Positions 1 to 10,360 of a DNA stretch of 64,000 nt are shown here, one piece after another. The position numbers and the translations under genes are program-made. Positions within the stretch are counted from its first letter, which is position 1, and each line of letters starts with the position of its first letter. The DNA is from an uncultured Candidatus Saccharimonadales bacterium (GTDB lineage Bacteria > Patescibacteriota > Saccharimonadia > UBA4664): positions 3,184 through 67,183 of the forward strand of contig CAZSRA010000006.1 in the NCBI GenBank assembly GCA_964609585.1, in the 5' to 3' direction. The notes under the pieces are model-generated. The model was given only the letters and a program-made list of their open reading frames with translations. It did not search any database and was not told the DNA's origin.

Positions 1-1231
1 AAAACCAACGCTGGCGGCCGATAGGTCGAACGAGCTGATTATCGAGATACCCTTGAGCCTCATCGCTGCGCATGGCACCGACAATGCTCGCGGCATAGGA
101 CATGATGAGAAGCATGGCAATCATGTAAGCAACACCGAGGAAGGTGCGAGCGACGGTTTCTTGGGAGGCCTTCACAAGCTGATCGATGAGATGCTGAGCC
201 GCAGCTGAGCCGCTAAAAGCCTGGGAGGCAGTGTTGGTGAGCGCGCCAAAGAAGATCATGAGGGTAGCGAGGGCGGTAAACCAGCTCAAGCTGCTCCCCC
301 GGGTAAACCGGATGGCGGATGTGAATGGGCCGGCGAGGAGCAGATTGTGAGGCTTTGCCGTATCGTGGTCGGCAAAGTAGCTATCACCAAGATCGCGACG
401 GCCAGCGAGGAAAATGGTGCCGGCGACGAGAGCAACCACAAGGCCGACAATGGGCAGAAGCCAGAAGGGCTGAGGATCGTAGAGAGGCTGGAGTTTCTCG
501 ATCCAGCCGAGGGGTGTGATGTTTAGGAGCCAGTGAGCGCTGGTGATGTCGCCGGCCGCCCGAAGCAAATAACTCATGCCAAAAATGGCAGTGGCAAGAC
601 CGGCGGCACGGGCGCGGGTGGGCATGAGCTGGCTGGCAAAGGCACCGACCGCCATGAAAATGACGGCACCAGCAACCGCGGCTAGGGCAAAGAATAGGGC
701 CGGTCCGGCGGCGAAGTTAATGTTGTGCATTTTTCCGATACCAATGAGCGTGACTGCGGCTATGGCGTAGAAAAGCGCAAGACTTAGGCCGAGCCCCGCA
801 AGAGCATTGGAAGCGGCCTGGCTAGCCGTGGTTTGGCCGGTAAGGAGTAGTTCCCAACGACCGGCGGTTTCTTCACCTCGGAAGACTTTGGTGGCGGTGA
901 GGTACGCCCAGATACTGCCGAGCAGAACCCCAATGCAAAGCCCATACCAGACAGCAAAGCCGGAAACGGTTTCGATGTGATGGGGAGCCCCATAGAGTGC
1001 GATGAGGCCAACATTATTGGTGTAGAGCGCAGAAGTAACCAGCCGGTCATGGGCCGTGGGATAGGCATCGGCGTAGCCCACGGTCTTTGAGACCACAAAG
1101 ACACTAAAGGCTAGTGCTACAAAAGTGGCGCTGCGGATAGTGTGACGCGCCACAAAACGGCCGATGACGGTCTTAGGCCAAGCGTATTGTTTGAATTGCC
1201 CTAGCGGGATGGTGGCAGCTTTCGTGCTCAT
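1..1231 (-). CDS. ABC-2 type transporter permease; C-terminal part runs off the window start
   Basis: Minus-strand frame open from the ATG at 1231 to position 1. Translation MSTKAATIPLGQFKQYAWPKTVIGRFVARHTIRSATFVALAFSVFVV... is hydrophobic and multi-TM. The ATGA start/stop overlap with the upstream ATPase gene is typical of ABC operons. Confidence 0.5.
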   Translation of the reverse strand, partial: MSTKAATIPLGQFKQYAWPKTVIGRFVARHTIRSATFVALAFSVFVVSKTVGYADAYPTAHDRLVTSALYTNNVGLIALYGAPHHIETVSGFAVWYGLCIGVLLGSIWAYLTATKVFRGEETAGRWELLLTGQTTASQAASNALAGLGLSLALFYAIAAVTLIGIGKMHNINFAAGPALFFALAAVAGAVIFMAVGAFASQLMPTRARAAGLATAIFGMSYLLRAAGDITSAHWLLNITPLGWIEKLQPLYDPQPFWLLPIVGLVVALVAGTIFLAGRRDLGDSYFADHDTAKPHNLLLAGPFTSAIRFTRGSSLSWFTALATLMIFFGALTNTASQAFSGSAAAQHLIDQLVKASQETVARTFLGVAYMIAMLLIMSYAASIVGAMRSDEAQGYLDNQLVRPIGRQRWF

Positions 1232-2136
1232 GGGCGGTTTTTTGGTTTTACGACTTCTTGATCACCATAGAGCGAGAGAAACAGCTCCTCTAAAGAGGGC
1301 TCGCGGCTGAGGAGGGTCTTCGGATGAGCCTCGGCTAGTAAGCTTAGGAGCGGAGCGATGGGTCCCTGGACTTGGCAGCTTAGGGTATGGCCGGCGATCT
1401 TCACGGCCGTGACGCCTTTAAGGTGGTTAATTTTCGGCGGAGCGGTATCAAAGGTGGCCTCGACAGTAAGCGCGGAGAGGTGGCGCATTTGCGCAAGAGT
1501 GCCAAGCTCCACGAGACGTCCGGCCCGCAAAATAGCTACTCGATCGCAGAGAGCTTCAACTTCTTCGAGAATGTGCGACGAGAGGAAGATAGTGTGACCG
1601 GCCGCTTTGGCCTCAAGCACGGTTTGGCGGAAGGCTTGTTCCATGATGGGGTCGAGGCCGCTGGTGGGCTCGTCCATGATGAGTAGTTTGGCGCGCGTCA
1701 TGAAGGCGGCGATGATGTTGATCTTTTGGCGATTGCCCTTGGAGTAGGTACGGACTTTTTTGTTGGGCTCGAAGGCAAAGCGCTTAATGAGTTGGTCGCG
1801 ATAGCCCGGATCGATTTGGCCATGCAGCTTGCCAAGGAGGTGGAGGGTTTCCATACCGGTGAGATTGGGCCAAAGGGCGGCTTCACCCGGAATGTAGGCA
1901 AGGTGTTTGTGAGCCTCCACCTTTTTGGTTTGAGCGTTGGTGCCAAAGATCTCAACCCGACCGCCGGTGGGGTTGATGAGACCAAGAATCAGCCGGATGG
2001 TGGTGGTTTTACCGGCACCATTGGGACCGAGGTAGCCAAGCACTTCGCCAGTTTTGACCTCGAGATCCAGTGGAGCTAGAGCCGTGAAATCCCCATATTG
2101 TTTGGTGAGGCCTTCGATGCGAATGGCGGTGTCCAT
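1228..2136 (-). CDS. ABC transporter ATP-binding protein
   Basis: Walker A GPNGAGKTT, Walker B LLIMDEPTSGLD, H-loop region SSHIL. The signature motif is atypical: YSKGNRQK instead of LSGGQ. Confidence 0.85.
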   Translation of the reverse strand: MDTAIRIEGLTKQYGDFTALAPLDLEVKTGEVLGYLGPNGAGKTTTIRLILGLINPTGGRVEIFGTNAQTKKVEAHKHLAYIPGEAALWPNLTGMETLHLLGKLHGQIDPGYRDQLIKRFAFEPNKKVRTYSKGNRQKINIIAAFMTRAKLLIMDEPTSGLDPIMEQAFRQTVLEAKAAGHTIFLSSHILEEVEALCDRVAILRAGRLVELGTLAQMRHLSALTVEATFDTAPPKINHLKGVTAVKIAGHTLSCQVQGPIAPLLSLLAEAHPKTLLSREPSLEELFLSLYGDQEVVKPKNRP

Positions 2137-2178
2137 GAACGAGTCCTTTTCGTCTAAAACTGATGTTAGTATACAAGT

Positions 2179-2559
2179 ATGCTAAGACCTTACGCTAAAA
2201 ACGAAGTTGATGCATCTCGGGTAAGACTGGCTGGGCTGATGATCCGGCTAGGGCTGGCGGCGGTTTTTGGATACGCGGCGATCGCAGCTTTTCTGACTCC
2301 CTCAGACTGGGTGGGGTATTTGCCGCATATGGTGACGAGGATTGTCCCGGCACTTCTGGCTTTAAAGGCATTTTCTACTGTCGAGCTGGTGCTGGCGCTA
2401 TGGCTTCTGAGCGGCAGGTTTATGCGCTACGCCGGGATTTTGGCGGCTGCGATTATGGTAGCTATTATGGTTTCGGACATTTATTTGTTTGCGATTACGT
2501 TTCGGGATGTTGCCATTGCTTTTGCAGCAGTGGCTCTCGCGATTTTAGGAGATATTTAA
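2179..2559 (+). CDS. small multi-pass membrane protein (DoxX-like?)
   Basis: 126 aa with four hydrophobic helices and no soluble domain. Confidence 0.35.
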   Translation: MLRPYAKNEVDASRVRLAGLMIRLGLAAVFGYAAIAAFLTPSDWVGYLPHMVTRIVPALLALKAFSTVELVLALWLLSGRFMRYAGILAAAIMVAIMVSDIYLFAITFRDVAIAFAAVALAILGDI

Positions 2560-2576
2560 GGTGAGGAGATGTAGGC

Positions 2577-2990
2577 ATGAATAGCAAAATGGTTATGGGA
2601 ATTGTTGGTGCCGTGGTCGTGGTGGGCGGGGTGATTTTTGCCGTAGGTCAGTACAAACCGGGTACACCAGCCGCGAGCCCAACGGCGAGTGTGTCGGTGA
2701 CAGCACCAAGCAACGCAGTTATGGCGGCTACAATTACCTATAATGACAGTGGTTTTACACCTGCAACGACTACGGTGAAGTCGGGTGATGCGGTGAAATT
2801 TACCAATGCCTCATCGTCGGAGATTCAGGTGGACTCAAATCCTCACCCCGTACATACGGATGATACCGACTTGAATGTGGGCGCTATTGAGCCCGGCCAG
2901 AGCAAGACGGTGACGCTCACGAAAAAGGGCAGCTTTGGCTTCCACAACCATTTGGACGCCAGCAACATGGCCAATATAACGATTCAGTAA
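2577..2990 (+). CDS. membrane-anchored cupredoxin-like beta-sandwich protein, probably not copper-binding
   Basis: N-terminal TM helix, Ala/Ser/Thr linker, then TVKSGDAVKFTNASSSEIQVDSNPHPVHTDD...GSFGFHNHLD, which resembles a cupredoxin-fold domain. There is no Cys ligand. Confidence 0.3.
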   Translation: MNSKMVMGIVGAVVVVGGVIFAVGQYKPGTPAASPTASVSVTAPSNAVMAATITYNDSGFTPATTTVKSGDAVKFTNASSSEIQVDSNPHPVHTDDTDLNVGAIEPGQSKTVTLTKKGSFGFHNHLDASNMANITIQ

Positions 2991-3021
2991 CTTCCAAAAG
3001 TATCCTCCCTAGCAGTAGTTT

Positions 3022-4395
3022 GTGTATGGATTTTTTTGTAAGATAGCCTATATGCAAACCTTCATTCAGGGTGCTCGTGCGCTCATGAAAAGAGCCGTCA
3101 CCCGCAAGGGGGCTTTTTGGTTGATAGGCGGATTCTATGTGGCGAGCCTAGTGATGGTGGCCATCTGGTCATATCTTTGGCCGATCTACGATATGGACGG
3201 CAGAGGTCTGCTCGCCGGTGTTAGCTGGGCGGGAATAGCGGCGACCTTGCTATGGCGGCGGCAGACTATTAAAAGAATTTTCTATCTGTTACCAGTGACA
3301 TTGATCGTAGTGGCGCTTTTTTGCTATCCGGACACGTCGCGGGATGCTTTTCGGTATTTATTTGATGGCGAGATGATTCGACTTTGGCATCTTTCGCCGT
3401 ATACAAGCTTGCCGGTGCACTTGCCGGTGGATCAATATTCGGCTGTTTTTCACCACACCTGGTGGATTAAGATTCCTAGCCCTTACGGCCCATTGTGGCA
3501 AGTTTTGATGGTGATTATTAATTTCTTATCGGGTAATCATATAGCGCTGGGTTTGATCTTTTTAAAGCTGATTAATTTAATAGCGCTTTTGGCGAGTGCT
3601 CGATTTATTTATCTGATTACTCGGAAGGAATGGCTGAGCTTTGGTTTTTTGATTAACCCAACGATTTTGATCGATACAGTGCACTCCCCTCACCCAGATA
3701 TTGTGATAGCAGCGGGATTACTAGCTGCTTACTACTATTCAAATGTGGCGGCGCGAGGGGTTATTTTGAGCGCGACTGGGCTGATAAAAATTCATAGTCT
3801 GATTTTGGCACCGTTTTTTGTTCGGAAATGGCGAGACTTTTGGCTGCTGGGCCTGGCCGCTGTGATTGGGCTTGCTGTTATGTTGATAGGTTTGAAGCCT
3901 TGGGTGGGCTTTGACTGGCTTGCGATGCTCAGGGCCAATCAAGGGGGTAGCGTACTCGGCAGCTTTTCGCTTTTGTTCTATAATTTGCTACCTCATATTA
4001 GTCGAAAGGTGGTTTTCTGGCTCTCTTATGGGTTGTTTTTCGCAACATACGGCGTAATTTTGACCGCATACTTGTGTAAACGACTGCCTCAGCTAACAGC
4101 CCTAACGCTCGCGAGTTTTCTCGTTCCCTTAACTCTTACTGGTTTATTGTACCCATGGCATCTCATTATCCCGCTGGCGTTTTTGTTTTTGAGCGAGGCT
4201 TCGTGGGCTGGTGGAGCAGTATTGTACATTGCGCTGGTGGGTTTTTACGCGCCGTTAAACGTTTTGGTGCTTGGGCTAGTGGCTGGGCTTTTTGTCGGGG
4301 GCGGTTATGTCCTGCGGTGGGTTTATCCGCGATTATCCCACCCTCCTCGCCAGATTATTTGGCTGGTGAAAGTTTATCGAAGCCTTTATGCTTAA
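3022..4395 (+). CDS. polytopic integral membrane protein (GT-C/DUF2029-like putative glycosyltransferase)
   Basis: 457 aa with 10 or more predicted TM helices and an aromatic-rich loop. The start may be the downstream Met at 3052. Confidence 0.4.
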   Translation: MYGFFCKIAYMQTFIQGARALMKRAVTRKGAFWLIGGFYVASLVMVAIWSYLWPIYDMDGRGLLAGVSWAGIAATLLWRRQTIKRIFYLLPVTLIVVALFCYPDTSRDAFRYLFDGEMIRLWHLSPYTSLPVHLPVDQYSAVFHHTWWIKIPSPYGPLWQVLMVIINFLSGNHIALGLIFLKLINLIALLASARFIYLITRKEWLSFGFLINPTILIDTVHSPHPDIVIAAGLLAAYYYSNVAARGVILSATGLIKIHSLILAPFFVRKWRDFWLLGLAAVIGLAVMLIGLKPWVGFDWLAMLRANQGGSVLGSFSLLFYNLLPHISRKVVFWLSYGLFFATYGVILTAYLCKRLPQLTALTLASFLVPLTLTGLLYPWHLIIPLAFLFLSEASWAGGAVLYIALVGFYAPLNVLVLGLVAGLFVGGGYVLRWVYPRLSHPPRQIIWLVKVYRSLYA

Positions 4396-4416
4396 AAATA
4401 ACAATGTAGAGGATTT

Positions 4417-6138
4417 ATGGAAGATCTGAACGATGAACACGAACAAGAACCTGAGGAGTTGGAGCCGAAGGTGGATGCGGACGACAAGCCAGAGTCGGAA
4501 CCTGACACGGGGCCTGACAAGGGTGGAAGGCTGGGCCGCGCCTGGAAATGGCTGAGGGCCAAACCGATACGGTGGATACTGGCGGCGGTTGGTAGCTTGA
4601 TTGTGCTTGCAGGGTTGACCATCGGCTTTACGGACCTGAAATATCCAGTACTCGGGATAGTCTGGAAACCGACGGTGGATCTACGAGTGATCGATGCTGA
4701 TTCGTCGCTGCCGGTATCTCATGCTACCGTTACGCTGGCTGGGCAGACTGAGTTTACCGACAAGATGGGTGCGGCGAAATTTGTCCGCGTTCAGCCCGGC
4801 AAGACGACGGTGATAGTGTCGCGGGTGGCATATGCAAACGCCAGTGAGGCGCAGACGATCGGTTTTGGCGACATTACGCTTGGGACGGTCAAGCTAAAGG
4901 CGACGGGTGTACGCGTAGGCTTGCAGGTAACAAATGTCTTGACGGGCAGCGGAGTAGCGGACGTGGAAGTGAAGGCCGGTGATGTACAGGCTATGACTGA
5001 TACGGCCGGTAAGGCCACCTTGGTATTTCCGCCAAGCGCAAATAATACTACTCAGGACATTGAGTATTCTAAGGATGGATTTAATGCGCTCAAGGTTAGT
5101 ACGAAGGTCGTGCTCAATGGCGGGCAGATCGGGGCGTCGGTAGTGCCGGCTGGGAAGGTATACTATTTGTCGAACCGAAGCGGGAAGATTGACCTTTACA
5201 GCAGCAATTTGGATGGTTCGGGAGCTGAAGTAGTGCTAGCTGGGACGGGCAGCGAGGACTCCGACACGGGCATTCTCACGAGCGCAAAGAATCCGGCCTA
5301 TTTGGCGCTGGTGTCAAGCAGGGAGGGCAAGCGAGATGCCTATGGTAACCCATACCATGCTTTGTTTATTTTTAATACGCTTTCGCAGAAGCTGACGAAG
5401 ATTGAAGATGCATACGCGTTTGGAAACTACCGAGCTTGGGTGGCTGATAGTTTGGTATACGAGAAATATCCGCAAACGGGAGGAGGCTGCCCAGATCTTA
5501 AGGCGTACGCGCCGGTTGCGCAAAAGAGCACTACCTTGATATCTGCTGCGACGACGAATAGCTGCCCGAAATTGCTTGCGCCTTATGACGATGGGTTCTT
5601 TTACTCGATTAGCGCCGGAACGACCGAGCAGGATGGGGTTTATTTTGGGCAATTGGGCGGAAAGGCGGCAAAACGAGTAGCCGAAACGCCGGCGGCTTCG
5701 ATTGTGCGCCAGACAAAGCACACGTTGCTATCGGAATACTATTCGTACAATCCAAACTACACGGCTTCCTGGCAGAGTATAGATTTGGAGGCGTTGACTT
5801 CGGCTAAGGTCGCGAATGGACCGACCAATACAAGCTCGCGGACTTACAACGATTCGGTGGGCGATAAATATTCGAGCTTTATTGAAGAGCGGGATGGTAA
5901 AACGGAGTTGTATCTCACCGACAGCGATGGTGGATCCGAGCGGAAATTAACATCGCTAGGATCGGTAAATCAATTTGTGACGTGGGTGGGCGACGATTAC
6001 ATTGTGTTTAGCGTAACGAAGAGCGACGAGAGTGCACTCTATGTGGTTGCGGTAGCGAACAGCAAAGTAACCAAACTGGCTGACTTTTACCGAGCCAATA
6101 GCCGCACTTACGGTGGCGGGTCTAGTCCCGGATACTAG
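4417..6138 (+). CDS. membrane-anchored protein with carboxypeptidase-regulatory-like domain and TolB/PD40-like beta-propeller repeats
   Basis: Acidic N-terminus, one TM helix, VDLRVIDADSSLPVSHATVTLAGQTEFTDKMG (CarboxypepD_reg-like), then repeated KIDLYSSNLDGSG / DGKTELYLTDSDGGSE PD40-like blades. Confidence 0.5.
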   Translation: MEDLNDEHEQEPEELEPKVDADDKPESEPDTGPDKGGRLGRAWKWLRAKPIRWILAAVGSLIVLAGLTIGFTDLKYPVLGIVWKPTVDLRVIDADSSLPVSHATVTLAGQTEFTDKMGAAKFVRVQPGKTTVIVSRVAYANASEAQTIGFGDITLGTVKLKATGVRVGLQVTNVLTGSGVADVEVKAGDVQAMTDTAGKATLVFPPSANNTTQDIEYSKDGFNALKVSTKVVLNGGQIGASVVPAGKVYYLSNRSGKIDLYSSNLDGSGAEVVLAGTGSEDSDTGILTSAKNPAYLALVSSREGKRDAYGNPYHALFIFNTLSQKLTKIEDAYAFGNYRAWVADSLVYEKYPQTGGGCPDLKAYAPVAQKSTTLISAATTNSCPKLLAPYDDGFFYSISAGTTEQDGVYFGQLGGKAAKRVAETPAASIVRQTKHTLLSEYYSYNPNYTASWQSIDLEALTSAKVANGPTNTSSRTYNDSVGDKYSSFIEERDGKTELYLTDSDGGSERKLTSLGSVNQFVTWVGDDYIVFSVTKSDESALYVVAVANSKVTKLADFYRANSRTYGGGSSPGY

Positions 6139-6139
6139 G

Positions 6140-6997
6140 CTAGAGCGTGTGGAGAATTTGGAGGGCGGCCTTGGCCTGTTCGGCAGCTGTCGCCACTTCC
6201 CCACCGACCTTGTTGATCTGAGCAGCAATGCTTGAAAGCATTTTGTAGGCAGCAAAGATTTTGATGCTCTGAGGGTCTGAAGCTTTGAGGAGGGCTGCGA
6301 ACACTTGATCGCGCGATGTAGGCTGATCCATGAGTGAGTACCAGAGACTTACAAGGTCCATGGCGTGGTCGCCGTAGCCAACTTGATCCCAGTTGAGCAC
6401 GCCCGTAATAGCGTCGCCTTCGGCCAGCGCTTGGGCGAGGCCCAGGTCGCCGTGAACCAGGTCGGTATTGCCAAGAGCTTTGCCGTCGAGGCCGAGCACG
6501 AGGCCCTCGATTTGGGCAGCGAGTGCGGAGGTTTGCGTGGAGAATTGCATGAGATAGCGCACAAAGCCGGAATCGCCGCGGAATACGATACCCATGGCAT
6601 ACCAGGACCAGTCCTGACCTTGAACGGCGCTAATGGTTTGGCCCTTTTGCAGCTCGATGAGACCAAGGAGATGTTCGATTTGGGCAGGTGTCGGCGACTT
6701 GATGGGTTGGCCGGTAAGTTCATTTTCCAACCAAAATGTCCCGGCGCTGGTGGCGTCAACGTAAAGATACGATGGTACGGGATAACCAAGAGGGCGGAGG
6801 TGGTCCGTGGCAGCTTTGGCACGCTCAACTTGAGTCCGCCACATCGGGTTGGCACTATACTTTAGGACGGCGGACGCGCCATCGCCGTTTACCACCCGAT
6901 AGGCAGTATGATTTTCGCTGCTGGAGATTTCGCCTGAGAGCGTGTATGTGGCGGCCTTCGCGGCATTTATGTAATCGAGGGCTACTTCTGGAGTCAT
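6140..6997 (-). CDS. aminoglycoside/choline-kinase-type phosphotransferase (APH family)
   Basis: Brenner motif HGDLG, then a D...D pair in NWDQVGYGDHAMDLV. The long ORF 6140..7252 has a 85 aa N-terminal extension that overlaps the next gene. The start is more likely MTPEVALDY at 6997. Confidence 0.6.
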   Translation of the reverse strand: MTPEVALDYINAAKAATYTLSGEISSSENHTAYRVVNGDGASAVLKYSANPMWRTQVERAKAATDHLRPLGYPVPSYLYVDATSAGTFWLENELTGQPIKSPTPAQIEHLLGLIELQKGQTISAVQGQDWSWYAMGIVFRGDSGFVRYLMQFSTQTSALAAQIEGLVLGLDGKALGNTDLVHGDLGLAQALAEGDAITGVLNWDQVGYGDHAMDLVSLWYSLMDQPTSRDQVFAALLKASDPQSIKIFAAYKMLSSIAAQINKVGGEVATAAEQAKAALQILHTL

Positions 6998-7087
6998 GGA
7001 TTTAGTATAGGCTGGGCCGGGATTTTTTGCATCTTGAAATGCGGCGATGGTTGCGAAGATTGGGCTGAGGCTGTAGAGTTTCGAGTA

Positions 7088-7594
7088 ATGGCAGACTGGG
7101 TAAACGAAAAACACATGAAATTGGCATTGGACTTGGCCGTGGCGTCGAAGGCGCGCGGTGAGTTTCCGTTTGGTGCGGTGATCGTTCAGGACGGCATGGT
7201 GGTGGCAGCGGCTGAGAATGGCGAGCGGCGGAAGGTGGATGTGACGGCTCATGCCGAGCTCATGGCGCTGAGTGAGGCGTCGTGGAAATTGGCGAGGCGT
7301 GATTTGAGCGATTGCATTATTTACTCATCGGCCGAGCCGTGTCCAATGTGCTCGGCGGCGATTTTTCAGTCGAATATTCCGCGGGTGGCGTTTGGTCTTT
7401 ACCGTGACGACTTGCCACATTTGTTTCGACGGCGCAAAATTCGGATTGCCCAACTAGCTGAAGACTGGGATTACCGGCCGGAAGTTGTGGGTGGGATACT
7501 GCGCGAGGAGGCTATTAAGGCTTTTGAAGGCATTGAGAAGCCGTGGCGCGTTACCGGCGAACACCACGGTGCCGAGCATACTAAGGGTAAGTAA
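7088..7594 (+). CDS. CMP/dCMP-type zinc deaminase (TadA/cytidine-deaminase-like)
   Basis: Zinc-binding motifs HAELMAL and PCPMCSAAI. The start was moved to MADWVNEKHMKLALD to remove the overlap with the convergent kinase gene. Confidence 0.6.
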   Translation: MADWVNEKHMKLALDLAVASKARGEFPFGAVIVQDGMVVAAAENGERRKVDVTAHAELMALSEASWKLARRDLSDCIIYSSAEPCPMCSAAIFQSNIPRVAFGLYRDDLPHLFRRRKIRIAQLAEDWDYRPEVVGGILREEAIKAFEGIEKPWRVTGEHHGAEHTKGK

Positions 7595-7609
7595 GTTTAA
7601 ACAACGACG

Positions 7610-8614
7610 ATGATCTACATTATAGTTTTTGCCCTCCTTGGGATGTCAGCACTGTTTTCGGGACTGACACTGGGTTTAATGAGCCTGGGGCCACATGAGC
7701 TTAAGCGCAAAGTGGCGCTGGGAGATGTTCGCGCCAAACGGATTTATGCGGTGCGCGAGCGTGGCAACTTGCTGCTGGTGACCCTTTTGGTGGGCAATGT
7801 GGCGGCAATTTCGACGATGTCGTTGTTTTTGGAGTCGATTACTTCTGGCCTGGTGGCGGGCGTTTTGACAACTTTTTTGATAACGATTTTTGGCGAGATT
7901 TTGCCGCAGGCGGTGTTTTCGCGCTATGCGATGGCGCTGGGAGCGAGAACGGCGTGGCTGGTACGCATTATTTTGTTTATTTTCTATCCGGTGGCGGCAC
8001 CGCTGGCCTGGCTTTTGGATAAGATTTTGGGAGAAGAGCTGCCCACGATGTACTCGCGCAAGGAGTTGATGGGAATTTTGGAGGAGCACGGCGGCAGTAC
8101 CTTGAAGAAGGACGAGGAGCGGATTGCACGGGGGGCGCTAACGTTTGGCGACAAGATGATCCGCGACATTATGACGCCGCGGTCGATGGTGAAGGGCATT
8201 GAGCAAGATCAGGTGCTGGACGCGAAGACGATTGAAGATTTGCGACTTTCCGGCTATTCGCGGTTTCCGGTTTATGATGAGTCGTTTGACCAGGTGACGG
8301 GCATATTGTATTCGCAGCAGCTGATTGATCCGGCGATTCGGGGGAAGACGGTGATGAAGGTGGCGAGTAAGAATGTGTTTTTTGTGAACGAAGATGCGCG
8401 ACTGGATCATGCCTTGAACGCCTTCATTAAGACAAAAAACCATTTGTTTATGGTGGTGAATCAGTTTTCGGAATTTGTGGGGGTAATTGCGATCGAGGAT
8501 GTGATCGAAGAGATTTTGGGCGTGGAGATTGTAGACGAATTCGATAAATATACGAACGTGCGAGCAGTGGCTGAAAAGATCGCAGCTCCGGCGGCACGCA
8601 AAAATCCACTGTAA
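7610..8614 (+). CDS. CNNM/CorC-family membrane protein (DUF21 transmembrane domain plus CBS pair)
   Basis: Four N-terminal TM helices (DUF21 pattern), then two CBS-like segments (IMTPRSMV..., FMVVNQFSEFVGVIAIEDVIEEILG). Confidence 0.65.
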   Translation: MIYIIVFALLGMSALFSGLTLGLMSLGPHELKRKVALGDVRAKRIYAVRERGNLLLVTLLVGNVAAISTMSLFLESITSGLVAGVLTTFLITIFGEILPQAVFSRYAMALGARTAWLVRIILFIFYPVAAPLAWLLDKILGEELPTMYSRKELMGILEEHGGSTLKKDEERIARGALTFGDKMIRDIMTPRSMVKGIEQDQVLDAKTIEDLRLSGYSRFPVYDESFDQVTGILYSQQLIDPAIRGKTVMKVASKNVFFVNEDARLDHALNAFIKTKNHLFMVVNQFSEFVGVIAIEDVIEEILGVEIVDEFDKYTNVRAVAEKIAAPAARKNPL

Positions 8615-8659
8615 AAAGGCTTACGGTAGCACCGGGGTGACGCCTGTTATACACTCCTA

Positions 8660-9331
8660 GTGATGCCAAAACGCCGATCTATTCAGCAGATTCCAGCTTT
8701 GGACCGCCCACGCGAGAAATTGCAGCGCAAGGGAGCGGCGGCGCTGTCCGACTTTGAGCTCCTTGAGGTAATGATTGGGACGGGGACGGCAGGCGCGGAC
8801 GTAAGCCAGATTGCCCGACAAGTACAGAAGCTTTTGCGCAAAGGGGCGGCGGCGGTTACTTACGACGGCCTGACGAGTTTGCACGGCGTAAGTACGGCAG
8901 GGGCGGGTAGAATTATGGCGGCTTTAGAGCTGGCTAAGCGCCATTTGGTGAAAGATGTGGAGCCGCTGCGGACAATGAGTGAGATTGTGGCACACTTGGA
9001 TGATATCCGGTCGAAGCAGCAGGAATATTTGATAGCTTTGTCGCTGGATGGCGGGCAACGATTGATTGCGCAGCGGATTATTACTATTGGGACGCTCGAT
9101 TCGGTGCTAGCGCATCCGCGTGAGGTGTTTGCGGAGGCCTTGATGGACCGAGCGGCGAGCGTAATTGTGGCACATAACCACCCCTCTGGCAGTTCGCAGC
9201 CGAGCCAAAATGATATCGCCCTCACTCAGCAGTTGGCGGCAGCGGGACAGCTGCTAGGCGTAATGCTACGTGATCATTTGATTTTGACGAAAACGGACTA
9301 TTTTAGTTTTCGGCAGCACCATTTACTATAG
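8660..9331 (+). CDS. radC: RadC-family JAB/MPN domain protein
   Basis: N-terminal HhH-like segment, C-terminal JAMM motif VAHNHPSGSSQPSQND, and typical RadC length of 223 aa. Confidence 0.75.
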   Translation: MMPKRRSIQQIPALDRPREKLQRKGAAALSDFELLEVMIGTGTAGADVSQIARQVQKLLRKGAAAVTYDGLTSLHGVSTAGAGRIMAALELAKRHLVKDVEPLRTMSEIVAHLDDIRSKQQEYLIALSLDGGQRLIAQRIITIGTLDSVLAHPREVFAEALMDRAASVIVAHNHPSGSSQPSQNDIALTQQLAAAGQLLGVMLRDHLILTKTDYFSFRQHHLL

Positions 9332-9374
9332 ATTAAGATAGTTTTGGTTTGACTTACGAGGGAAGGTTGAAACG

Positions 9375-10358
9375 ATGATTACTCGATATCTAGAGACATT
9401 CGACAAGACTCATGCGACCGCAGAAACGATTGTGCCGGATTTGATGCGGCATATTCATGCCAGGCAGCATCTGGGCAAAGCGGTGGTGCTATGTGAAGAG
9501 CCGGAGGCTATGATGGGACTAGCCGAAAAGCAGTGGCGTAAATTATCTCGGGTACTACAGCGTCAACGGACGTTCACTACTAATGCTGTGGAGATTCTGA
9601 AATATACGTATACGATTACTCAGATGCAGCATGCGAGCTTCACTACGGAGTCGGTGCACGATAATCCGGAGGCGAAGGTGTATTTTGCGTCAGCGGACCG
9701 AATGCCAAGGCTGTCGGCTGATTGTTTGAGCTTATACATGACGGCATCAGTAGAGGCCTCCATCGTGGATCGGTTGGTGGTACAACTGCCAAATTTGTGT
9801 CTGCTCGTAGACTACAGCGGGCAAATCAAGACCGGCCAACCCGGGCTGGAGTTGCGTTCTGAGCTAGAAAAGAGCGTGAGCAAGCGGTGGCACGACGTTA
9901 AGGCGCTCTTGACGGCGAACCAGATTGATATTAACCGGCTGTTGAATCCCGCTTTTAGCACCGAAGCTATTGATGACGCCGTAGATGAGTTATTAAACCG
10001 GGATGCGGAGTTTTTGGCTTTGGCTAATGATTTCCAACGACGATTGGATTTGGCGAGACCGCTTCGGAGCACGCCGCGAGCTATGCGCGATCAGTATGAG
10101 GTGTTTATTGTGCTAGCCCACCGCGTACAGACTTTTGCGACGGGTTCTTTTTCGCCTCAATTTTTGCGAACGTATGCCAACGATACGTTCTTCTTGCACG
10201 ACCAACTGCGCGTGGGCGAGTCATTTGCGATGGCATTGCAGCACCATGAGGCGGCGGGCAGGGCGAATATTGTACGCGCCATGATGCGAATGGGCGGGTT
10301 GGTGGAGCCGGAACTTAGCCAGCCGCTGATGCCCGGCAGCATGATGCAGGCGGTTTAA
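9375..10358 (+). CDS. hypothetical protein
   Basis: 327 aa ORF in a coding-like context with no recognisable motif. A possible RBS GAGGGAAGG lies upstream. Confidence 0.4.
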   Translation: MITRYLETFDKTHATAETIVPDLMRHIHARQHLGKAVVLCEEPEAMMGLAEKQWRKLSRVLQRQRTFTTNAVEILKYTYTITQMQHASFTTESVHDNPEAKVYFASADRMPRLSADCLSLYMTASVEASIVDRLVVQLPNLCLLVDYSGQIKTGQPGLELRSELEKSVSKRWHDVKALLTANQIDINRLLNPAFSTEAIDDAVDELLNRDAEFLALANDFQRRLDLARPLRSTPRAMRDQYEVFIVLAHRVQTFATGSFSPQFLRTYANDTFFLHDQLRVGESFAMALQHHEAAGRANIVRAMMRMGGLVEPELSQPLMPGSMMQAV

Positions 10359-10360
10359 CG

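Noticed and set aside
6998-7252. N-terminal 85 aa extension of the APH-like ORF overlapping the deaminase gene by about 220 nt
   Set aside because: The extension is Arg/His-rich and low-complexity. An internal Met with a sensible kinase N-terminus exists, so the overlap is most likely an ORF-calling artefact.
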